In this document: in pieces, positions 1 through 8,861 of the stretch | How the letters are laid out: each line of letters begins with the position of its first letter | Numbering within the stretch: position 1 is the first letter of the stretch | Source of the DNA: Candidatus Aegiribacteria sp. | GTDB lineage: Bacteria; Fermentibacterota; Fermentibacteria; Fermentibacterales; JCC-6 | DNA length: 24,831 nt | Direction: 5' to 3' | Assembly (NCBI GenBank): GCA_046498225.1 | Contig: JAWOBF010000031.1 | Span: 1-24,831 of the forward strand | The notes under the pieces: model-generated | What the model saw: the letters and a program-made list of their open reading frames with translations, nothing else | What the model was told of the DNA's origin: nothing | The model's database searches: none | Program-made: the position numbers and the translations under genes

Positions 1-379
1 TCTCGATGTCCATGCCGCCCGAAGCGGAAACCATCATTACCGGAAGCTTTCTCTTCCTGTCTATGGTTATTCCCACGTAGTATTCCGAGGATATCGGCAT
101 GGCCGGCTCCACCAGCAGTCTTTCCACCGGAAATCCCTTTATATCCATTCCCAGTATGGATTCGGCCGCTTCGCGCGCCTCATCGGGGGTATCCGCGAGC
201 TTGACCCCCCCGGCCTTGCCCCTGCCCCCGGTCTTGACCTGGGCCTTGACCACCACCGGACAGCCTATGTTATCCGCCGCGACCGCGGTGTCTTCGGGGG
301 AGGTGACCATTACCCCGTCCGGCGCCGGGATGCCATGCTCCCTGAACAGCTGCTTCGCCTGGAACTCCTCTAGCTTCAT
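1..379 (-). CDS. sucC: Succinate--CoA ligase (ADP-forming) beta subunit, N-terminal part; runs off the window edge
   Basis: Not in the ORF track. Manual translation from ATG at 379: MKLEEFQAKQLFREHGIP...VVVKAQVKTGGRGKAGGVKLA...EYYVGITIDR...ASGGMDIE, which carries the SucC KAQ/GGRGKAGGVK and GGMDIE motifs. GGAG RBS upstream. Confidence 0.93.
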   Translation of the reverse strand, partial: MKLEEFQAKQLFREHGIPAPDGVMVTSPEDTAVAADNIGCPVVVKAQVKTGGRGKAGGVKLADTPDEAREAAESILGMDIKGFPVERLLVEPAMPISSEYYVGITIDRKRKLPVMMVSASGGMDIE

Positions 380-566
380 AACTACTCCGTACTGTTCCGG
401 TGAACGTCAAAGGAAATTGGAATTCAAAGAATCAGGTTTAACAATATCACATAGACTTATGTCTTACAAGTGAGAGTTCGGCTCAGGTGGAATACCCTTC
501 ATCCCGGGGGCGGCGGCGTGTATATTTCGGGGAATGGAATGAACCGTAAACAGCTGAAAGGTTCGT

Positions 567-2066
567 ATGTCTGACGTCGAAGTAAGGACCCGACTGGCCC
601 CCTCGCCCACAGGGGACCCGCACGTGGGAACCGCGTACCAGGCGCTGTTCGGATACGTGTGGGCAAGGAAGAACGGCGGCAGTTTCGTGCTGCGAATAGA
701 GGATACCGACAGGGAGAGGTCCACCCCGGCCTCCGAGATGGCCATCATCGAGTCGCTCAAATGGCTGGGCCTGGAGTGGGACGAAGGCCCCGACGTGGGA
801 GGACCCTTCGGGCCTTACCGTCAGAGCGAGAGGCTGGAGATCTACCAGGACCATATGCAGCTGCTGGTGGCAAAGGGTCATGCCTACCCCTGTTTCTGCA
901 GCCGTGAGAGGCTGGCGGAGGTAAGGGCGGAGCGGCAGAAGTCCGGCGCCGGAAGCGGCTACGACAGGAAGTGCCGCGACATCCCCCCCGATGAGGCTCG
1001 AAGGAGAGTCGATGCGGGCGAGGAATTCACCGTCAGGATGAAGGTGCCTCTGGAGGGAAAATGCCAATTCAACGACCTTCTGCGGGGCAGCATCGAGAAG
1101 GACTGGGAATCCATCGACGACCAGGTCATAATGAAGGCCGACGGCTACCCTACCTACCACCTTGCCGTGGTGGTGGACGACCATCTCATGAGGATATCCC
1201 ATATCGTGAGGGGCGAGGAATGGATAAATTCCGTGCCCAAGCATGTCCTTCTATATCAGTTCTTCGGCTGGGAGCCTCCCGTCTTCTGCCATCTTCCCCT
1301 GCTCCGGAACAAGGACAGGAGCAAGCTGTCCAAGAGGAAAAATCCCGTATCCATAGACTGGTACCGCAGGACCGGCATACTTCCCGAGGCGCTGCTGAAC
1401 TTCATAGGCATGATGGGGTGGCACCTGTCGGACGACAGGGAGAAGTTCTCGGTGCGGGACATGATAGACAGCTTCAGGCTGGAGGACATCAGTCTGGGCG
1501 GACCGGTGTTCGACCTGGACAAGCTTCTGTGGCTGAACGGCAAGTACATCAGGGAGGACTTCACCACCGACCAGCTCCTGGACAGGCTGGTGGACTGGGG
1601 GCTCAACAGGGAACGCTTCAGGGAGATACTGGAGATATGCAGAGGCCGCATGACCAGCCTTTCGGACTGGGGCGACCTGACCTGTCACTTCTTCACCGAG
1701 AAGATCGATTACACAGAGGAACAGCTGCTGATGAAGGACATGGACGAGGCCGGGACCTGTCAGACCATGCAGATGATACTGTGGGAGCTGGAGAGCCTGG
1801 ACAGCTTCAGCAAGGACAGCATCTACGGCGCCTTCAGGAACCTGTCCGAAAAGCTGGGGATCAAACTCAAGCATCTGGCCGCCCCGCTGTACATAGCTGT
1901 CACCGGACGGGCCGTGTCCACTCCGCTGTTCGACACCATGGCCATTCTGGGCAGCGATGTGACAAGGATGCGCATAAGGACGGCCATGGAAAGGCTGGGA
2001 GGTCTGTCGGGAAAGCAGCTGAAGAAGCTGGAGAAAAAGTACGGTTCCCTGGAAGAGGGGCAGTGA
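567..2066 (+). CDS. gltX: Glutamate--tRNA ligase
   Basis: RTRLAPSPTGDPHVG (HIGH region), LRIEDTD, CFC...YDRKC Zn site, VVDDHLMRISHIVRGEEW and KLSKR (KMSKS) motifs; 499 aa with anticodon-binding domain. Confidence 0.97.
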   Translation: MSDVEVRTRLAPSPTGDPHVGTAYQALFGYVWARKNGGSFVLRIEDTDRERSTPASEMAIIESLKWLGLEWDEGPDVGGPFGPYRQSERLEIYQDHMQLLVAKGHAYPCFCSRERLAEVRAERQKSGAGSGYDRKCRDIPPDEARRRVDAGEEFTVRMKVPLEGKCQFNDLLRGSIEKDWESIDDQVIMKADGYPTYHLAVVVDDHLMRISHIVRGEEWINSVPKHVLLYQFFGWEPPVFCHLPLLRNKDRSKLSKRKNPVSIDWYRRTGILPEALLNFIGMMGWHLSDDREKFSVRDMIDSFRLEDISLGGPVFDLDKLLWLNGKYIREDFTTDQLLDRLVDWGLNRERFREILEICRGRMTSLSDWGDLTCHFFTEKIDYTEEQLLMKDMDEAGTCQTMQMILWELESLDSFSKDSIYGAFRNLSEKLGIKLKHLAAPLYIAVTGRAVSTPLFDTMAILGSDVTRMRIRTAMERLGGLSGKQLKKLEKKYGSLEEGQ

Positions 2067-2081
2067 CAGGCCGGCCGGGAC

Positions 2082-2110
2082 TTGACTGAAGGGACTAATT
2101 TCTCGATATT
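2082..2110 (+). promoter_or_regulatory. Putative sigma70-type promoter for tRNA-Glu
   Basis: TTGACT (2082-2087), 17-nt spacer, GATATT (2105-2110), ~20 nt upstream of the tRNA. Confidence 0.55.
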
Positions 2111-2129
2111 TGCGGCCTGAAAAGGACGC

Positions 2130-2204
2130 GCTCCCATCGTCTAGCGGCTAGGACGCTGGCCTCTCACGCCGGAAACCGGGGTTCGATTCCCCGTGGGAGC
2201 GCCA
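2130..2204 (+). tRNA. tRNA-Glu (anticodon CTC)
   Basis: Acceptor stem GCTCCCA/TGGGAGC, anticodon arm CTGGC-CTCTCAC-GCCGG, T-loop GGTTCGATTCC, discriminator G and encoded CCA (2202-2204). Confidence 0.97.
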
Positions 2205-3352
2205 CCTTTTTCGAGGTCCAGTGCCTGGTGAAGGATGGCGCGGGGACAGGCGATGTTCATCCGCATGTAGCCCTCTCCCCCGGGACCGAACATCTTTCCC
2301 GCGTCCAGTCCGAGCTTCAGCTTCTTGACGAAGAACTCCTCCAGCTCCTCGCCGGTCATTTCCATCTCCCTGCAGTCCAGCCAGAGAAGATAGGTGGCCT
2401 GTGGTCTTCCTACCTTTATCTGCGGGATGGTATTCCCCAGCCGGTCCCTGACCAGCCGGTAGTTGCCTTCGATGTATCTCATGAGGGCAGCCAGCCACCG
2501 GTCCCCGTGGCGGTAGGCCGCCTCGGTGCCCACCCTGCCGAAGATGTTCGTGAGCCACAGGGCGCCGGCCTGAAGGGCCTGCTGGAATCTCTCCCGGGTC
2601 TTCTTTCCGGGAATGACGTTGATGGAGAGGCCCAGCCCGGCCAGGTTGAAGGTCTTGCTTGCCGAATAGGCGCAGATAAGGTTCTCCTTCATGGTGCCCG
2701 GCAGACCGGAAGGCACGTGCCGGCCGCCGGGGAACAGGAGGTCGGCGTGTATCTCGTCGGAGAACAGGAACAGGTCGTTCTCCCGGCAGATCTCCATAAC
2801 GGTCTTCAGCTCTTCCCGGGTCCATATCCTGCCCACCGGGTTATGGGGAGAGCAGAGGATGAGCATCTTCGCCTTTTTCGCCTTTTTTCGAAGGTCGTCC
2901 AGGTCAAGGAAATATTCCCCGTCGCGGTGCAGGAGCCGGTTCTCCACCGGTTTCCTGCCGTTGTTCCGCACGGACCTGTCAAACAGGTAGTACACCGGCG
3001 GCTGGAAGATTACCCCGTCCCCGTCCCCGGTGAACGCCGTGATGGCGGAGCACAGCGCGGGGACCACCCCGGGCGTGGTGACTATCCAGTCCCTTTCCAC
3101 GGTCCACCCGTATTTTCTCTGAAACCACCCGGTCACCGCCTCGAAAAAGGAGTCGGGCTTGAGGGGGTATCCGAATATGCCGTGCTCGGCCCGCCGGACA
3201 AGGGCGTCTATCACCTCCTGCGGTGCCCTGAAATCCATGTCCGCCACCCACATGGGAAGCACATCATCGGTGCCGAACACTTCCATGTTCCTGTTCCATT
3301 TGAAAGAATCCGTGCCCCGTCTCGGAATGACCCGGTCAAAATCGAATTCCAT
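2141..3352 (-). CDS. MalY/PatB-family PLP-dependent C-S lyase (cystathionine beta-lyase-like) with an aberrant C-terminus
   Basis: FDFD..RRGTDSFKW, LPMWVADMDF, LCSPHNPVGR, SDEIHAD, SASKTFNLAGL (PLP lysine) and MRMNIACPR motifs. Start set to ATG 3352 (GGAAAGGGG RBS) rather than 3379. The stop codon lies inside the tRNA on the opposite strand. Confidence 0.92.
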   Translation of the reverse strand: MEFDFDRVIPRRGTDSFKWNRNMEVFGTDDVLPMWVADMDFRAPQEVIDALVRRAEHGIFGYPLKPDSFFEAVTGWFQRKYGWTVERDWIVTTPGVVPALCSAITAFTGDGDGVIFQPPVYYLFDRSVRNNGRKPVENRLLHRDGEYFLDLDDLRKKAKKAKMLILCSPHNPVGRIWTREELKTVMEICRENDLFLFSDEIHADLLFPGGRHVPSGLPGTMKENLICAYSASKTFNLAGLGLSINVIPGKKTRERFQQALQAGALWLTNIFGRVGTEAAYRHGDRWLAALMRYIEGNYRLVRDRLGNTIPQIKVGRPQATYLLWLDCREMEMTGEELEEFFVKKLKLGLDAGKMFGPGGEGYMRMNIACPRAILHQALDLEKGGAPTGNRTPVSGVRGQRPSR

Positions 3353-3496
3353 GTTTCCCCTTTCCGCAGAAGAGAACATAATACTTTACGGAGGTCTTCC
3401 CGCGGACCGGTGGCCATATGGTGAGCAGGGCGGCTTTTGACATATTAGGCGAAGTAAAGGCATCACCGGAGGCATTGACCCTGGGGAGGAAGCAAG

Positions 3497-4231
3497 ATGG
3501 ACGGCAGAGATTTCCTGAAGGCCAACTGGCATCTTCTGGAGGGATTCAGGAGCGATCAGACGAAGGGTGTCGAGCACCCGCAAGTTCAGAAACCCGTGCC
3601 GGAGGAGGTTGAAGTTGTAGAGCTGCCTGAGTCCGGACCGAACATGTTTCCCGAAGCTTCCATCGGTAATGTCATCGACAGAAGGAGAAGTGTAAGGAAG
3701 TTCTCCATGGAGCCTGTTTCGCTTGAGGAGCTGTCTTTCCTCCTCTGGTCCACCCAGGGGGTCCGGAAAATCGTCAGGGACGGCGTGGCGACACTGAGGA
3801 CGGTTCCATCAGCGGGGGCCAGGCATCCCTTCGAGACCTATCTCCTTGTCAACAATGTTTCCGGACTTGAGCAGGGCTGTTTCCGGTACCTGCCGCTCGA
3901 CCATTCACTGGCCCTGCTGGGGGAGAGAAAATCCCCGGAGGAGGTCATAGCGGGCTGCCACGGGCAGGTCTTCTGCGGCGAGTGCGCCGTTACCTTCGTG
4001 TGGTCGGTTATCCCCTACCGCACGGAGTGGCGGTACGGTCCCGTATCCCACAAGGTCATCGCGCTGGACGCCGGCCACCTGTGCCAGAACCTCTACCTCG
4101 CCTGCACCGCCGCAGGCCTCGCAACCTGCGGCATAGGAGCCTACGACCAGAAGGCGATGGACGAACTGATGGGGTTCGATGGAAAGGATGAGTTCACCGT
4201 CTACATAGCCCCGGTGGGCAGGAGAGTCTGA
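3497..4231 (+). CDS. SagB/ThcOx-family FMN-dependent nitroreductase-fold oxidoreductase
   Basis: RRRSVRKF, LSFLLWSTQG, RTVPSAGARHPFETY, LDAGHLCQNLYL and CGIGAY motifs; GGAGG RBS. Confidence 0.9.
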   Translation: MDGRDFLKANWHLLEGFRSDQTKGVEHPQVQKPVPEEVEVVELPESGPNMFPEASIGNVIDRRRSVRKFSMEPVSLEELSFLLWSTQGVRKIVRDGVATLRTVPSAGARHPFETYLLVNNVSGLEQGCFRYLPLDHSLALLGERKSPEEVIAGCHGQVFCGECAVTFVWSVIPYRTEWRYGPVSHKVIALDAGHLCQNLYLACTAAGLATCGIGAYDQKAMDELMGFDGKDEFTVYIAPVGRRV

Positions 4232-4235
4232 TCAC

Positions 4236-6455
4236 ATGCTTCTTCTGCTGACCGTCCTGGCCCTGACCGGCCCGCCTGACCCCGCGGAAACCGTTATAGC
4301 CCTGGAGGACACACCCGCAGGTCTCATGTTCACAGACGGCAGGCGCCGCGGACTCTACCTGGAAACCGATGGGGGGACCGTGACTCTCTCGGCACTTCCA
4401 GGCGCCGGCGGCAATGTCGTGGTAACAGACGGCGGGGTCCTCTTCAAGGAATGCCCGTCCCGGGCAAATCAGCGCGTGGTCCACATGACCCCGGACGGGG
4501 AAGGAACGGTCCCGTACCGGGGCGAGTATTTCAGCGGCCCCTTTCAATGCTCCGAGAATTCATTCCTTGTGGCGAAGCCGGGCAGGGTCCTGGAGGTCAC
4601 CATGGGGGGACGGATTGCGGGGGAATGGCCGGTGAACGGTTACCCCGCCTCGGCGACCGTTGCTGACGGTTCTCTTTTCTACACGGGAGAGTCCGGCGGA
4701 CTGGAATTCCTGGATTTGTCCACGGGAGATGTCTCCATGGTGGACGGCACCGGGGGGGAAATTTTCGCCAGGGTGACCACCGGGCCGAACGGACTGGTCC
4801 TGGCGGAGATGTCCCCGAAGGGCTTCCTGGTCCTCGGCCCTGCGGGAGAACAGGTTTCCGGCGACAGCATCGGTTTCTTCCCCTCCTGGACCGCAGAGGG
4901 AGAGGTCATCTTCTCCAGGCTGGAGTACAGCGGAAGCGAGCCGGTGTCCGGTGAAGTCCTCTTTCTGGACCCCTTCAGCGGGGAGGTCCGAGTGGGGCAG
5001 GAGAACGGAGCGTACCTTCATCCAATCGAGGCGATCGACGGCGATATCGTATGGACCGACAACCGGGGCCGGCTTCAGGGCAGGGAAGCGGCAGCTCAAT
5101 CCCGGTCAATTGAGAATTCCGGTTACTTCGACCCGGACGGCCATTTTGACGTTGTGTACATGCACCAGCGGTGGGACACCCCCGACTGGTTCAACGGAAG
5201 CTGGTCCTGCGGACCCACCTCCTGCGTGATGGCCACTCAGTACTACAGGATGCTGACCCCCGACTCAATATGGGCATCCTACCCCGCCCCCGGCCACTGG
5301 AGCGAGTGGGGGAACTACATCCCGGTGGAGTACACTTTTCTGGGCTACACCTACGATGACCTCGGAGAAAGCCCCGATGATGTGTGGGTCCCCGGCGCAC
5401 ACGGTTTCATCTGCCCCAACGGGGCCGCGGTATGGAACCTGATGGTGGAGTTCCTTACCCGCCACGAGATCTACTCCGCCTGGGCGGGAACATCCTGGTC
5501 CACCCTCACCGGGGAGATAGAAAGCCTGTACCCTGTGATATGTTCCAGCACCGTACTGGGCTACGGCCACATAATCCTTCTCAACGGCTACTACGCCAAC
5601 CATACCGTGGTGGTGAACGACCCATTCGGGGACGCCAACGAACCCGGGTGGGGCAGCTACTACAACGGCAAGGACGTGCTCTACGACTGGCCCGGTTACA
5701 ACAACGGCCATGTCCAGATAGGCGTGAGCCAGCTCTTCTACGCACAGGCCCCGGTACCGGCCGACCCGGACACCCTGGTGGATGACTGCAGCAGGGGTTT
5801 CTTCAAGTACGCCGACTGCCGCTACTGGCACCGAACAGGCAGCGGCTTCCAGGGCAACGCCTGGTGGACATACTCCACCGGCGCCCCGCCGGACACCTGC
5901 GTAGCCGAATGGCATCCGGAGCTGCCCTTCCAGGGGGACTACACCGTCAGCGTATACATTCCCCCCGACCGCTCCACCGCCACCGGCATCTACAGGCTCC
6001 ATACCGCCTCCGGGGTCGAGGATATCTACCTTGACCAGGGACTCTACAGCGATGAATGGGTCCAGCTGGGCACCTACGGCCTGGGATACGATTCCTACCT
6101 GAGGCTGGGGGACTGCACCGGAACCGGAGGGCAGTACATAGCCTTCGACGCCGCCCTTTTCAGCCCGGCGGGCACAGGAACGGGCGGCGGGACTTCCGCC
6201 GCCATGGAGGAAGTGAGAATATGGCCCAATCCCTGCGACGGCATGCTGAACCTTCGAACTCCGGACCCGGCGGGTCCCATTACTGTGGAACTCTATGACA
6301 TTTCGGGAAGACTGGTGCTGAGTTCCCGGGGCAGCGAGGCGGTCGATGTCATCCAGATCGACCTTTCGGATTTCCGCCGGGGCATCTACATCCTGCGCGC
6401 CCGGACCGGCGCAGGAAAGGCGTTCTCCAGGACGGTAACCGTCGTCGACGAATAG
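4236..6455 (+). CDS. Secreted multidomain protein: N-terminal beta-rich region, C39-like cysteine peptidase, golvesin/Xly-CBD-like domain and T9SS C-terminal sorting domain
   Basis: Hydrophobic signal peptide. YMHQ...SCGPTSCVMA...GHIILLNGY...VVNDP gives the Q/C/H/D pattern of Peptidase_C39_2. EWHPELP..GDYTVSVY..WVQLGTY..IAFDA fits a golvesin-like domain. IWPNP...ELYDISGRLV...GIYILR fits a Por secretion tail. Confidence 0.8.
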   Translation: MLLLLTVLALTGPPDPAETVIALEDTPAGLMFTDGRRRGLYLETDGGTVTLSALPGAGGNVVVTDGGVLFKECPSRANQRVVHMTPDGEGTVPYRGEYFSGPFQCSENSFLVAKPGRVLEVTMGGRIAGEWPVNGYPASATVADGSLFYTGESGGLEFLDLSTGDVSMVDGTGGEIFARVTTGPNGLVLAEMSPKGFLVLGPAGEQVSGDSIGFFPSWTAEGEVIFSRLEYSGSEPVSGEVLFLDPFSGEVRVGQENGAYLHPIEAIDGDIVWTDNRGRLQGREAAAQSRSIENSGYFDPDGHFDVVYMHQRWDTPDWFNGSWSCGPTSCVMATQYYRMLTPDSIWASYPAPGHWSEWGNYIPVEYTFLGYTYDDLGESPDDVWVPGAHGFICPNGAAVWNLMVEFLTRHEIYSAWAGTSWSTLTGEIESLYPVICSSTVLGYGHIILLNGYYANHTVVVNDPFGDANEPGWGSYYNGKDVLYDWPGYNNGHVQIGVSQLFYAQAPVPADPDTLVDDCSRGFFKYADCRYWHRTGSGFQGNAWWTYSTGAPPDTCVAEWHPELPFQGDYTVSVYIPPDRSTATGIYRLHTASGVEDIYLDQGLYSDEWVQLGTYGLGYDSYLRLGDCTGTGGQYIAFDAALFSPAGTGTGGGTSAAMEEVRIWPNPCDGMLNLRTPDPAGPITVELYDISGRLVLSSRGSEAVDVIQIDLSDFRRGIYILRARTGAGKAFSRTVTVVDE

Positions 6456-6470
6456 ACCGGAGGATTCAAC

Positions 6471-7397
6471 CTGCTTTACCTGACACTGGCGGTTTTCTGC
6501 AGCACGTCCATAGCTCTGATATTCAAGGTCAGCGAGACCAGGAACATGGACCGGTACACCGTAACCACCTTCAACTACCTGGTGGCCTCCATGGTCTCCC
6601 TTCTCTTCCTGCTGCTGGACGGCCTTTCCGGAGTGAGCCCCGCCGGCGCCCTGGAGGGACTCACCGAACAGTTCGGCCGTGCAGTGGGCGGAGGCGCCAC
6701 CTTCGACATTGCAGGCAGCGCCGGCTGGGCGGCTGCGGTGGGGCTTCCCTCGGGGGTGCTCTACTTCCTGGGCTTCATCTACCTTCAGAAGGCGGTAAGG
6801 GAGAGCGGAGTGAGCCTGGCCGGCAGCTTCTCCAAGATGGGAGTTCTGGTTCCCATGGTGCTTGCCATATTCCTGTGGAAGGAAGTGCCCACAACGGTTC
6901 AGTGGGTTGGAATATGGCTGGCTCTGCTTTCCATACTGCTTGCCAACCTGGAGCTCTCACACCCTGAACGGATTTTCAAGGGTTTCCAGCCTGTTCTGCT
7001 GGCGCTCTTCCTCACGGTGGGCCTCTCGGAATTCAGCAACAAGGTCTACCAGAGATACGGCGCGCTGGAGATGAAGAGTCTGTTCCTGTTCTTCGTCTTC
7101 ACCGGAGCGCTTCTGATAAGCGGCTTCAAGCTGGTCCGCCAGGGCGGGCGGGTCAGGCTTTCACACGTTTCCACAGGCCTGCTGGTGGGTGTGCCCAATT
7201 ACTTCGCCTCCTTCTTCCTCATAATGTCCCTGTCACAGCTGAAGACGGCGGTGGTCTTCCCCGTCTACAGCGCGGCCACCATAATGCTGATAAGCCTCGC
7301 CGGCAGGTTCTTCTTCGGCGAGAGGCTGAAGGTCAGGGAGAGGGCCGCCGTGGCGCTTACCATTGCGGCTCTCATAATGGTCAACCTGCAGTCATGA
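6471..7397 (+). CDS. DMT/EamA-family transporter, probable CTG start
   Basis: About 10 hydrophobic helices, FLWKE.P and FFGERL motifs. The frame is open upstream of ATG 6546 to CTG 6471, which lies 7 nt after GGAGG and adds a first TM helix (LYLTLAVFCSTSIALIFK). Confidence 0.85.
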   Translation: MLYLTLAVFCSTSIALIFKVSETRNMDRYTVTTFNYLVASMVSLLFLLLDGLSGVSPAGALEGLTEQFGRAVGGGATFDIAGSAGWAAAVGLPSGVLYFLGFIYLQKAVRESGVSLAGSFSKMGVLVPMVLAIFLWKEVPTTVQWVGIWLALLSILLANLELSHPERIFKGFQPVLLALFLTVGLSEFSNKVYQRYGALEMKSLFLFFVFTGALLISGFKLVRQGGRVRLSHVSTGLLVGVPNYFASFFLIMSLSQLKTAVVFPVYSAATIMLISLAGRFFFGERLKVRERAAVALTIAALIMVNLQS

Positions 7398-8770
7398 AGA
7401 AGCCCAGACTCACCGCCGTCGAGAGAACCGAACTGCTGGGGACCCAGTCGCTGGGGAAACTCCTGTTCAGGCTTTCCGGGCCGGCCATAACCGGCATGCT
7501 GGTCCAGTCCATGTACAACCTTGTGGACACCATCTTCGTGGGAAAGGGTGTGGGAACCCTTGCCCTGGCCGCCCTGGCAGTATGCTTCCCCATCCAGATG
7601 CTTCTGCTGGGGGTGGGAAAGACGGTGGGAATAGGCGCGGCGTCCATCATATCCAGGCGGCTGGGAGCCGGAAAGGACGAGGAGGCGGGAAGAACCGCCG
7701 GAGGGTCCTTCGTTCTGGCCGCTCTCCTGGGACTTGCCATATCCCTGACCGGCCTTGTCTTCCTGGACGAGGCTCTCAGGCTCTTCGGGGCCGGCGACAC
7801 CGTGATGCCCTACGGCAGGGACTACCTCTCCATAATCCTCCTGGGAGGAACCTTCTTCTCCGTGACGGTATGCTCCAACGATATCGCAAGGTCCGAAGGC
7901 AACGCGAAGGTGGCCATGATAAGCATGTTCATGGGAGCGGGCATCAACATGGTCCTGGACCCCATTTTCATCTTCGGCCTGAACATGGGTATCAGGGGCG
8001 CTGCGCTGGCCACCGTCATAGGCCAGGTATCCGCTTTCGTCTGGATAACCAGCTACTTCTTCTTCGGCGGTCGAAGCTACCTGAAGTTCGACTGCGGACA
8101 TCTCGTTCCCGGGTTCCGCCAGTCGTGGAGGATCATTCGAATAGGCTCTCCAGCCTTCGCGAGAATAGTCGGGGGAAGCCTGATGGCCCTTACGGTGAAC
8201 AACGCCATAATGCATTACGGGCTGCCGTTGCACCTGGCGGTCCTGGGTGTGGCAAACAGGGTGATGACTTTCGCCCTGATGCCGATTTTCGGCCTCGTCC
8301 AGGGTCTGCAGCCCATAGTCGGCTACAACTACGGGGCCAGGGCCTATCACAGGGTCAAGAAGGCTTTGAAGTACGCGGTCATCTCCGCCTCGGTCCTCAC
8401 CGGCTCATACTTCCTTCTCTTCCAGCTGGCGCCGGGTTTCCTGCTGGGCCTGTTCAGCAACGACCGCGAGCTTATCTCCCAGGGTTCGGGAATACTGCGT
8501 ATCATCGTGCTCATGATGCCTCTGGTGGGATTTCAGGTCATAGGCGCCGGGACCTTCCAGGCGCTGGGGAAAGCGGGCATAGCCCTGTTTCTGTCAATTT
8601 CCAGGCAGATACTGTTCCTCATCCCCCTGGCGCTGCTTCTGCCGCTTCTGATATCCCCCTCCCTGCGGGGAGTATGGCTGGCATTCCCCTGCGCGGACCT
8701 GCTGGCAGCCTGTCTTACCGGTTACTTCTTCCTGAGAGAAGTCAGAAATATGCGGGAATACGCTCGATAA
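7394..8770 (+). CDS. MATE-family efflux transporter (MepA-like)
   Basis: P...MLVQSMYNLVDTIFVG, RSEGNAK, NMVLDPIFIFGLNMGIRGAALAT and QPIVGYNYGA motifs; ATGA overlap with the DMT gene. Confidence 0.93.
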   Translation: MKKPRLTAVERTELLGTQSLGKLLFRLSGPAITGMLVQSMYNLVDTIFVGKGVGTLALAALAVCFPIQMLLLGVGKTVGIGAASIISRRLGAGKDEEAGRTAGGSFVLAALLGLAISLTGLVFLDEALRLFGAGDTVMPYGRDYLSIILLGGTFFSVTVCSNDIARSEGNAKVAMISMFMGAGINMVLDPIFIFGLNMGIRGAALATVIGQVSAFVWITSYFFFGGRSYLKFDCGHLVPGFRQSWRIIRIGSPAFARIVGGSLMALTVNNAIMHYGLPLHLAVLGVANRVMTFALMPIFGLVQGLQPIVGYNYGARAYHRVKKALKYAVISASVLTGSYFLLFQLAPGFLLGLFSNDRELISQGSGILRIIVLMMPLVGFQVIGAGTFQALGKAGIALFLSISRQILFLIPLALLLPLLISPSLRGVWLAFPCADLLAACLTGYFFLREVRNMREYAR

Positions 8771-8784
8771 ACCGTATATATCTA

Positions 8785-8813
8785 TTGACCCCCTCCCTTT
8801 ACCGCAGTAAGTT
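8785..8813 (+). promoter_or_regulatory. Putative sigma70 promoter of the C13 protease gene
   Basis: TTGACC (8785-8790), 17 nt, TAAGTT (8808-8813); GGAGGT RBS at 8853-8858. Confidence 0.45.
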
Positions 8814-8861
8814 GTTATAGGACACGAGTATATTATCTTTATTACCATCTTTGGAGGTATA

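Noticed and set aside
541..565. GAACC...GGTTC pairing over the gltX RBS as a riboswitch or T-box
   Set aside because: Only a 5-bp stem with a long loop; no T-box consensus or leader terminator was seen.
483..2089. Long alternative ORFs over gltX (483-1244 minus, 1061-2089 plus, 1251-1874 minus)
   Set aside because: Shadow frames of a GC-rich gene with no recognisable motifs.
2228..3424. 398-aa plus-strand ORF
   Set aside because: Antisense shadow of the MalY/PatB gene.
6453..6455. In-frame TAG between the T9SS protein and the DMT gene as readthrough or pyrrolysine
   Set aside because: A T9SS sorting domain must be C-terminal, and a good RBS follows the stop. The shared frame is likely chance.
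3497..8770. SagB-type dehydrogenase, C39-like peptidase and exporters as a RiPP (azole peptide) cluster
   Set aside because: No YcaO or E1-like cyclodehydratase and no Cys/Ser/Thr-rich precursor ORF were found. The C39-like domain is a T9SS cargo rather than an ABC-transporter fusion, and stand-alone SagB-like genes are common in anaerobes.
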